Source: an uncultured Pseudomonadota bacterium (lineage in GTDB: Bacteria; Pseudomonadota; Alphaproteobacteria; Rs-D84). From it: DNA of 64,000 nt. The DNA is taken from contig CAMZIQ010000001.1 of the NCBI GenBank assembly GCA_947307295.1, positions 40,968 to 104,967 of the forward strand, in the 5' to 3' direction. The stretch's first letter is position 1, and each line of letters begins with the position of its first letter. Below, piece after piece: positions 56,833 through 64,000 of this stretch. The notes below the pieces were generated by a model that made no database searches, was not told where the DNA came from, and was given only the letters and a program-made list of their open reading frames with translations. The translations under genes and the position numbers were made by a program.

Positions 56833-58299
56833 CTTTTTAGATTTTTTATCTTCTTTTGTTTCCGCATCAGAATCTTTCTTTGCTTCTTCTTTTTTAGAAT
56901 CAGCCTTTGTTGTATCTTCAATTTTTTCAAGATTCTTTTTACCAACCTTAGACAACGCGCGAACCATATCTAAGGCACGTTGCAATTGATAATCGCGAGC
57001 ATCTTTTTCTTCATCAGTCAAATTCAAATAATCTTCGTCTTCATCATCATCAGTTTTGCTTTCTTTCTTTGAATCTTTCTTTTTAGAAGAATCTTTTTTC
57101 TTTGACGCATCGTTTTTAAGCGAATTATTAAAAGTAGCTTCATTAAACAAAGATTCTTTCTTTTCAATTGTTTCTATCTTACTCTGCAACACTTCTATAT
57201 CAGGGGTAATACCCTCATTTTGTATAGAACGTCCGCTTGGTGTATAATAACGCGCAATAGTTATGTGTATCGCAGAGCCATCCCCCAAAGGTTTTTGTTG
57301 TTGCACAGACCCTTTGCCAAAACTTTGTGACCCCATAACAATAGCACGACCATTATCTTGCAAAGCCCCAGCCACAATTTCCGAAGCCGAAGCAGAACCA
57401 TGATTTATTAAAACAACCACTGGTTTGCCGTTTATTAAATCACCGTCTTTGGCAAACATACGTTCAATATCTGATTTTTCTTTGCCACGTGTAGACACAA
57501 TTTCACCACCATCCAAAAATGCGTCCGCCATATCTATCGCGGCAGTTAAATAACCACCAGGATTATTACGCAAATCTAAAACATAACCCGCAACTTTTTT
57601 CTTTTCCAAATCTTTTAACGCATCTTTTAATTCTTTGGTTGTTGTTGCACCAAAATCGGAAATTCGTAAATAACCTATTTTTGGCAATTTATCATCATCT
57701 ATCGCCGCAGCATCTGATTTTTCACTAAACTTCACAGACTTAACCTTAATAATTGCGCGTTTCAACGTCATTTCTTTGAGTTCTCCCCTGTCATGAACAA
57801 TAGTCAGTTTAACTTTTGTCCCAGGTTTGCCCTTCATTTTTTTAACAGCCTGATTAAGAGTCATGTCAAAAACCTGTTCGCCATCAATATGAGTGATATA
57901 ATCGCCAGATTCTATTCCAGCCTTAGCCGCAGGTGTATCATCAATCGGGGAAATAACACGAATCGCACCTTTGTCGCTGGTAATCTGAATACCAAGACCG
58001 CCAAATTCACCGGCTGATTTATCGTTAAATTCTTTGAAATCTTCCTTAGATAAATAAGAAGAATGTGGGTCCAACGCCGCCAACATACCATTCATAGCCC
58101 CTTCTAACATTTTACGTTCATCTGCTTCTTCAACAAACTTTTCACGTGCAACTTCAAATACAGCAGCCAATTTTTTCAATTCTTCATAAATCTGTTCATC
58201 AGTTAAATGAACAATCGGTTCTTCTTTTTTTGGCTTTTGCGCGGCATTCGCAGTAAATGGGATTAATAAAACAAAAATCAAAAACAATTTTTTAAACAT
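56830..58299 (-). CDS. ctpA: carboxyl-terminal processing protease (S41), with a long Lys/Asp/Glu-rich C-terminal tail
   Basis: Signal peptide, PDZ region and the S41 motif LDLRNNPGGYL. The tail is …KKKDSSKKKDSKKESKTDDDEDED…. Confidence 0.9.
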   Translation of the reverse strand: MFKKLFLIFVLLIPFTANAAQKPKKEEPIVHLTDEQIYEELKKLAAVFEVAREKFVEEADERKMLEGAMNGMLAALDPHSSYLSKEDFKEFNDKSAGEFGGLGIQITSDKGAIRVISPIDDTPAAKAGIESGDYITHIDGEQVFDMTLNQAVKKMKGKPGTKVKLTIVHDRGELKEMTLKRAIIKVKSVKFSEKSDAAAIDDDKLPKIGYLRISDFGATTTKELKDALKDLEKKKVAGYVLDLRNNPGGYLTAAIDMADAFLDGGEIVSTRGKEKSDIERMFAKDGDLINGKPVVVLINHGSASASEIVAGALQDNGRAIVMGSQSFGKGSVQQQKPLGDGSAIHITIARYYTPSGRSIQNEGITPDIEVLQSKIETIEKKESLFNEATFNNSLKNDASKKKDSSKKKDSKKESKTDDDEDEDYLNLTDEEKDARDYQLQRALDMVRALSKVGKKNLEKIEDTTKADSKKEEAKKDSDAETKEDKKSKK

Positions 58300-58372
58300 G
58301 AAAACACCCTTTCCTTTTATCACCCAACTAGCATAATAAAAAAAGAAAATTTACGCAACACGATTTTTAATA

Positions 58373-58396
58373 AAAAAACAACCCGCACACAGCGGG
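58373..58396 (-). terminator. rho-independent terminator
   Basis: cccgcacacagcggg hairpin with a T-run on the minus strand. Confidence 0.5.
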
Positions 58397-58401
58397 CATT
58401 T

Positions 58402-59355
58402 TTATTTTGACAACTGTTTTTCAATGGATCGCAATTTGTCCAACAAATCATTCATATAAAAAACTTTATCAAAATTATTCTGAACAGTTTTATCAGATTG
58501 TGGGTAAAGACGCAAATCATCACCTGCTTTGATAAAACGTTTTAACAAAACAACCATCGCCCTGTATCTTAAAATGCGCTGCAATTCCGAATTGCGTAAT
58601 CCGGGCATTTTATATTTACTTTTATCGTGATAATCAGTATATAACTCATATACTTGCCTGCAAATTTTCAAATCTACACAAAGCGGGGAAAAAATATCAC
58701 GATAAATGAAATTGTATTTTGCTTCAGCAAAATCTATGAAAGATAATTTGCTTGTTTCTTTGTCATACAATATATTTCCGCTATTCAAATCATTATGCGA
58801 CCATGCTTCACGTGTCACATATTCAAATCCAGAAATATCTTCTGCTAAATCTTCCATATATTTTATTTTGCCTAAATCAAACCATTTTGGCATTTTATTT
58901 TCAATAATATTAGTCAACTTTGTCATTTTTAATTCAGTAGAAATATTATGATAAACTTCTTCGTGCACAGGTTTTAATTCGTTCATATTAACCAAAAAAT
59001 TAGCCATACCATTCAAAATTTGCTTTTGTTGATGCGATGGCAAACTTTGATACAAAGCCTGAGTCAACGGTTCTCCTGGGGCACGTTCTTCCAACAATTG
59101 ATATTCTTCATCTTTGATATGAATCATTTTTGGAATATTATACACAGGATTATTAACCGCGCTTATTTCATCGATGAATTCTTTGGTTCTGTGCTGTTTA
59201 GCCAACCACGCATCACAATCACGTCCCGGCAAAGGACGTTTCATAACATAAGCATCACCAAAATATGCGACAAAAGTCTCACGCCCATGTGGTGGTTCTT
59301 TATTTTCTGCTTTCAAATCTTCAATTTCTGTTTTCATACTTAATATTATAGACAC
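58402..59355 (-). CDS. phosphotransferase (APH/choline-kinase-like) family protein
   Basis: Brenner motif HNDLNSGNIL and FIDFAEAKY (DFG-equivalent). Confidence 0.65.
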   Translation of the reverse strand: MSIILSMKTEIEDLKAENKEPPHGRETFVAYFGDAYVMKRPLPGRDCDAWLAKQHRTKEFIDEISAVNNPVYNIPKMIHIKDEEYQLLEERAPGEPLTQALYQSLPSHQQKQILNGMANFLVNMNELKPVHEEVYHNISTELKMTKLTNIIENKMPKWFDLGKIKYMEDLAEDISGFEYVTREAWSHNDLNSGNILYDKETSKLSFIDFAEAKYNFIYRDIFSPLCVDLKICRQVYELYTDYHDKSKYKMPGLRNSELQRILRYRAMVVLLKRFIKAGDDLRLYPQSDKTVQNNFDKVFYMNDLLDKLRSIEKQLSK

Positions 59356-59431
59356 ATTTTTATATTTGTCAATACTTTTCTTAAAATCGGCGATTTACAA
59401 TTTTGTATTACTTTGCTAGAATAAAAGCACG

Positions 59432-60514
59432 ATGTTTATAAACAAGTTATTTTTATCAGCTGTTCTATCTGGTTTTGCATTGTTTGCCGCAATGGGTGCC
59501 CCCAGCGAATTATCAAAAATTCAAAACCAGATTAAACAAACAGAACAAAAAAACAAACAAATTGAACAGCAATTAAAAACATCTTCACGCGATGTAGAAC
59601 AAACAAAAAAACAACTGGTAAAAACAGCTGATAAGGTCAGCGATTTAGAAGAACAACGTTCTGCCCTTACTAAACGTATCGCTGAACTGGATAAACAACG
59701 CGACAAAATTAATGCTGAATTGGCACAAAATTACGAAGGGATAACTGATGCTACTGCCAGCATGTTATTTATCGCATCTCATCCGAATTTTGATTCAGAA
59801 ACTATGCACGATTATGTTCTAACTTCTGCTGTATTAGCAGCAGCAACAGACAAATTTGACAATCAAATAATGGATGCTACAAAAAAATTACAAGAATTAG
59901 ATAAAATCCACGAACAACGTGTGATTGAAAAAGAAAAACTGGACCGTAGTGCAAAAAAATACACAAACGAAAAAAAAGAATTAGATAAATTATTAAAAAC
60001 ACGTTCTGCGCAAAATGAAAAATTAAAAAATGAACAAATTGAAATCAAAAATAAATTAAAAAACTTATCTGCCAAAGCAAAAAGCATCTCTGAATTATCT
60101 GCTGGGGTTGGTTCTTCAGAGATGTCTTCGGATTCTAAGTTTTCAAAGCGCAAATTAAATATTCCTGTACGTGGAAAATTGGTTGTTAGATACGGCGAAA
60201 AAACCGCCCTTGGCTTAAAATCAGACGGATGGCGCATACGTACACGCGGTGATGCTTTGGTTATGGCACCGGCTGATGGTGTTGTAAAGTTTGCTGATTC
60301 TTTTCGCGGTTTTGGCAAGGTTGTAATCATGTCTCATAAAAACGGATACAATACTGTTATGACTAATATGGGCGAAATTGATGCTTTGGTTGGTCAAGAA
60401 GTTTTGGCAGGCGAACCAATCGGTCGCATGAACGAAAACAAACCGGAAATGTATCTAGAAGTAAGACGCGGTAAAAATTCCGTTGACCCTGCGCGTATAT
60501 TTAACGAACCGTAA
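59432..60514 (+). CDS. EnvC-like murein hydrolase activator (coiled coil plus degenerate LytM/M23 domain)
   Basis: Signal peptide, ~200-aa coiled coil and a C-terminal M23-like domain (GWRIRTRGDALVMAPADGVV…VIMSHKNGYNTV). Confidence 0.75.
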   Translation: MFINKLFLSAVLSGFALFAAMGAPSELSKIQNQIKQTEQKNKQIEQQLKTSSRDVEQTKKQLVKTADKVSDLEEQRSALTKRIAELDKQRDKINAELAQNYEGITDATASMLFIASHPNFDSETMHDYVLTSAVLAAATDKFDNQIMDATKKLQELDKIHEQRVIEKEKLDRSAKKYTNEKKELDKLLKTRSAQNEKLKNEQIEIKNKLKNLSAKAKSISELSAGVGSSEMSSDSKFSKRKLNIPVRGKLVVRYGEKTALGLKSDGWRIRTRGDALVMAPADGVVKFADSFRGFGKVVIMSHKNGYNTVMTNMGEIDALVGQEVLAGEPIGRMNENKPEMYLEVRRGKNSVDPARIFNEP

Positions 60515-60519
60515 AAAAA

Positions 60520-61512
60520 CTAGAATTCAAATCTTAAACCAAAAGATAAATTAGTGTAAAACATATCCTTGGCACTAAACCATTCACGATGCAAAGAAGC
60601 GTCGCTGTTAACCAATTCCCATGTAATCTTTGGAATATACATAACGCGCACACCAAAATCGAGATAAGTATATTCAGCTATCCCATACGATGCGCCCAAA
60701 GCACCAATCACAGCAATATTTGTAGAAGTTGGATATTTTGATTTATCTGACGGTGATTCAAATTGTATGACACCATTAGCATCAACAGTTCCATAATTCT
60801 GTAAATCTGAATCTGTCGACAAATCACCATAAATATCAGACAGTTTTAAAGTAGTTTTCGAAGCTGCATACCCCAAACCCAAACCAACATACGGCATAAT
60901 AGTATTAAGAGATTTTTGTTTACCATCAAAGAAATCATAAAACGCCATCGCAGATACTATGTCTGTAGAAATAGTAGCTGTTGCACCAGTACTAGCCACA
61001 TGAACTACTGCATCACCAATCTCGCCACCAGACACATTCATATCACCTTCAAACAAAGGAATTTGATTATAGCTTGTTTCCGCAATATGGTCATAGCCTG
61101 CTTCTAATCTCCAATGTGGATTATTAGGCAAAGTCAAACCGACACTGCCACCCGCAGTAAAAGCCAATTTTGAAAAATTTTCTTTGGCTGGCAAAGTCGA
61201 CAAATCACCAACACCAGCATACGCATAATCACTTGGGTCGCCACCTTCGTCTATATATGCTTCGTATGCCTTAAATGAAATAACATCATTAGTATTTAAA
61301 TCAAGATAATAATAACCGTCCAAACTGCCCATATCATTTTTTATCTTTGCATTTGCCCAAGATAAACCACCACGAAAACCAATAACAAAACGTGTTGTAT
61401 TTTCAGTATAATAACCATCATCCAAATAATATCCATTATATTCCCAACCCGCGAACGCAGGCGCGATGCACATAACCATCAATACTGAAAACAAAGACTT
61501 TTTGAATTTCAT
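60520..61512 (-). CDS. outer-membrane beta-barrel protein (porin/OMP-like)
   Basis: Signal peptide MKFKKSLFSVLMVMCIAPAFA, alternating amphipathic strands, C-terminal …LRFEF. Confidence 0.55.
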   Translation of the reverse strand: MKFKKSLFSVLMVMCIAPAFAGWEYNGYYLDDGYYTENTTRFVIGFRGGLSWANAKIKNDMGSLDGYYYLDLNTNDVISFKAYEAYIDEGGDPSDYAYAGVGDLSTLPAKENFSKLAFTAGGSVGLTLPNNPHWRLEAGYDHIAETSYNQIPLFEGDMNVSGGEIGDAVVHVASTGATATISTDIVSAMAFYDFFDGKQKSLNTIMPYVGLGLGYAASKTTLKLSDIYGDLSTDSDLQNYGTVDANGVIQFESPSDKSKYPTSTNIAVIGALGASYGIAEYTYLDFGVRVMYIPKITWELVNSDASLHREWFSAKDMFYTNLSFGLRFEF

Positions 61513-61562
61513 TATGCGTTAATTATATCACAAAACAAAACATAAAAAAAGAACAAAGAATA

Positions 61563-61584
61563 TAAAAAATGCCCAAATGGGCAT
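61563..61584 (-). terminator. rho-independent terminator
   Basis: atgcccaaatgggcat hairpin with a T-run on the minus strand. Confidence 0.55.
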
Positions 61585-61587
61585 TTT

Positions 61588-61947
61588 TTATCTTACGATA
61601 GAATCAACATCTACTTCGGTATAATTAGAACCTTTGTCTACATTACCATAAACTGTCACAACATCATCAACGCGCACAGTATTTCCATTCCAAGATTCTT
61701 CATCTATTTCCAACATAATTGTACCAGAGCCATCTTCAAAAACAAAAATATTGTTTCCCATATTTTTAGTGATACGACCGCGCATAACAACCGGTGTATT
61801 ATCAGGCAAAGATACAACTTCGGTCACAGTCCATACGGCTGGTTGATTACCATTCATCATACCGTTATTCATAGTTTTACCTGGACCTGCCATTGCGCCA
61901 CAAACAGGCATCAAAACAGCCAAAGCCAATACTGATATTTTTTTCAT
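61588..61947 (-). CDS. BOF/YgiW family OB-fold periplasmic protein
   Basis: Signal peptide plus the pattern …DNTPVVMRGRITKNMGNNIFVFEDGSGTIMLEID…; about 120 aa. Confidence 0.6.
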   Translation of the reverse strand: MKKISVLALAVLMPVCGAMAGPGKTMNNGMMNGNQPAVWTVTEVVSLPDNTPVVMRGRITKNMGNNIFVFEDGSGTIMLEIDEESWNGNTVRVDDVVTVYGNVDKGSNYTEVDVDSIVR

Positions 61948-62040
61948 TGTTTTCTCCATTTGTTGCTTTGTTTTCCACGTTTATATCATAACAAAAACAC
62001 CCAACAAAATAACATAGGAACAAATGGCATTTTATATATT

Positions 62041-62062
62041 AAAAAACCGCCCAAACGGGCGG
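62041..62062 (-). terminator. rho-independent terminator
   Basis: ccgcccaaacgggcgg hairpin with a T-run on the minus strand. Confidence 0.55.
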
Positions 62063-62068
62063 TTTACA

Positions 62069-64000
62069 TTACATTGGAATATCTTCACATTCTTCGGTTC
62101 TATTTTCTGGTCCACATTCTGCTTTACGAGTATCTAATACACCGAAACTAAAACCTTTTGTTTTACATTCTTTTGTGACCATCTCTGTACATTTGTGACA
62201 AATTCTAGTTTCTCGATTAAACGTTGTTTTTACCGTTTTTGTACCACCAGGTATATCCATAGATGTCGGCATCGACATAGGCAACAACAAAGATGTTCCC
62301 AATATAGACGCAACTTCTGAGCCAGACTTAAATTTACCATCTTTATACTTATCAGTTGAAGTTGCATAGTCAGACAAAGCTTTTAATTCATCATCTGAAA
62401 CCCCTAAACTAATATTATAAGATATAGCATAAGGAACTGTTAACGGTGTTTTTACTTTTTCCGCAGCACCAACACTATGATTCGAAGGCAACATTAAACA
62501 CATAACTTGCGCTTTATCAACAGATGCTTCTTTTGTTGCTTCTGCAGTAATTTCGTTTAATTTTTTGTTATAATTATCTTCGGCTTTGCGCAAAGCTGCC
62601 ATAGCGATTTCAACACGATATTGGTTCAACAAATTCGGAAAACGTGCAGCAGTCGTATTATTTTTACTGGCCCTGCCATTTATCTGAGATAAATCACGAC
62701 CATTAATACAATATTGTACTTTTTGATCAGTTTCAATCAAACTGATTGTCCTGTTAATATTGCCAGCAATATTGTTCAATTCATTTTCAATTGAAGAAAT
62801 TATCACATCAGCATCGTCAAAATCATAATTGTTCTTTTTAAGATGTTGTATATAATCAGCAACTCCTATTTCACCAGGTGCCAAAACTTTACCATTATCT
62901 TTGACTGTTCCCCCAGCATCGCCAACCTTAATAGACCCAAAAGTAATCAAACCAGTCACCCGATAAATCGCCCCTTCTTTTTCAGATTTTATGGAACCAA
63001 TTCCTAAATAATCATTTGCGGCAAACGAATTACAATCGGTTGTAGACCCACATAAATCTGTCATTTTTTGTTCCGCTATCTTTTGGCAGTTTTCTAATGC
63101 TTTATTATCTATATTCAACCATAATCCCGCCAACATAGAATCTAAATCAGACATAGCAAATTTTGGATTCGCTTTTTTACAAACAACCAATTTATCAATC
63201 GGGCAAATATCATGTATGTATTTATAATCCATACCTATACAATTCATAAAATCTGGACCACATCTATCTTCGGAAGTAAAACATTCTTTGACCTCTGCTG
63301 TACAAGCATCCACACGCATAGCCGCCAATTTTGAAACCACATAATCCCAAATCTGTGGTTCCATTCTCTCACATGGATCGATTTGAATTTTGCAGAAAGA
63401 ACGTGCCATATCTGGACGTGCCAAGCAAGCATCCATAGTTGCAGTTCCTTTGCCAACGATATCATCTTTGCATGCTTTTTGAATACATTTTGAAATATCA
63501 CTTAAACAAGATTGACGTTTATTAGATTCAACATTTTGTTCAGCCAATCTAATTGTTGGTGCAGCTTCGCGTAAAAAATCATTCCATATATAATCACGCA
63601 CCGCCATACATTTATCCAAAACCTTTTCACAAATAAAACGTTTAGATTCCAAAATTTCCATTGTAGATGCTGTGATATCATAATTATTCACAGTTTTAAC
63701 TTTTGTCCCAACAGTACTTTTTGCCTGATTATTCTGCATATTTTCAGATGCAATCGTAAACACACAATTCGACCAATCAGAACCGCACGCATCTTCGGTT
63801 TGCATACACTTTTTAAATTTAACCATACATGTTCCACGATCATCTTGATTAGATTCTGTCAAAGATTCTTTTAACGCGCCACGCACAGCTGCTTTTGCCT
63901 CACTAAGTGCTGTATCAGCTTCTGCTTTCTTCTGTTGAATACTGTTTGCCAAACCTTTACAATCTGACACAATTTGACGAGAATACATCTGGGTCAATAT
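62069..64000 (-). CDS. Cys-rich hypothetical (probably secreted) protein; the N-terminus may extend beyond the window
   Basis: Long ORF open to the window edge; many Cys in CxxC / C…C patterns. Confidence 0.5.
   Translation of the reverse strand: MLTQMYSRQIVSDCKGLANSIQQKKAEADTALSEAKAAVRGALKESLTESNQDDRGTCMVKFKKCMQTEDACGSDWSNCVFTIASENMQNNQAKSTVGTKVKTVNNYDITASTMEILESKRFICEKVLDKCMAVRDYIWNDFLREAAPTIRLAEQNVESNKRQSCLSDISKCIQKACKDDIVGKGTATMDACLARPDMARSFCKIQIDPCERMEPQIWDYVVSKLAAMRVDACTAEVKECFTSEDRCGPDFMNCIGMDYKYIHDICPIDKLVVCKKANPKFAMSDLDSMLAGLWLNIDNKALENCQKIAEQKMTDLCGSTTDCNSFAANDYLGIGSIKSEKEGAIYRVTGLITFGSIKVGDAGGTVKDNGKVLAPGEIGVADYIQHLKKNNYDFDDADVIISSIENELNNIAGNINRTISLIETDQKVQYCINGRDLSQINGRASKNNTTAARFPNLLNQYRVEIAMAALRKAEDNYNKKLNEITAEATKEASVDKAQVMCLMLPSNHSVGAAEKVKTPLTVPYAISYNISLGVSDDELKALSDYATSTDKYKDGKFKSGSEVASILGTSLLLPMSMPTSMDIPGGTKTVKTTFNRETRICHKCTEMVTKECKTKGFSFGVLDTRKAECGPENRTEECEDIPM

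Overview
This 64 kb window is visibly AT-rich bacterial chromosome (GC not computed) and uses the standard genetic code, with TAA-dominated stops. Most genes are Gram-negative housekeeping genes. Several signatures point to an alphaproteobacterial, Rickettsiales-like, host-associated lineage: an E. coli-like Rho, tilS directly followed by ftsH, a CarD/CdnL homologue, a Rickettsia-like GroEL, a Sca/Pmp-like autotransporter and many secreted Cys-rich proteins. Taxonomic placement stays tentative.

Recognisable genes:
- polA, with the 5' end outside the window
- a DsbA-like oxidoreductase, recO, a PpiD-like chaperone
- tpiA, grpE, rmlC, rho
- an OmpA-family lipoprotein, LptC-like and lptB, eno
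- two M23 peptidases, prmC, an MBL-fold hydrolase
- ftsH, tilS, a LOG-family protein, HIT, groES/groEL
- two GNAT acetyltransferases, ssb, carD
- a 1165-aa pyruvate:ferredoxin oxidoreductase
- a divergent ClpP-like protein, ctpA, an EnvC-like protein, a BOF/YgiW protein and an outer-membrane beta-barrel.

The most unusual region is about 37.6–45.3 kb. It lies on the 3' side of a tRNA-Gln(CUG) gene, at lower coordinates because the tRNA is on the minus strand. It holds a tandem series of small cassette-like units: a glycosyltransferase, a kinase-like protein, a LicD-like nucleotidyltransferase::protein-kinase fusion, a small unknown protein, a histidine phosphatase, an NlpC/P60-like protein, and a GNAT plus HExxH pair. 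Each unit is bounded by a copy of a composite repeat. That repeat has a palindromic 'GTTCGAAA…TTTCGAAC' part 1, an exact or degenerate copy of the tRNA-Gln 3' end, and a conserved 46-nt part 2. No integrase is present in the window. This looks like serial site-specific accretion, or a cassette array, at tRNA-Gln.

Other notable items are an 871-aa protein built from near-identical tandem 120/252-bp LRR-like repeats, a paralogous family of secreted Gly/Ala-rich and Cys-rich proteins, near-identical strong sigma70-like promoters, and a short unlisted ORF upstream of rho.
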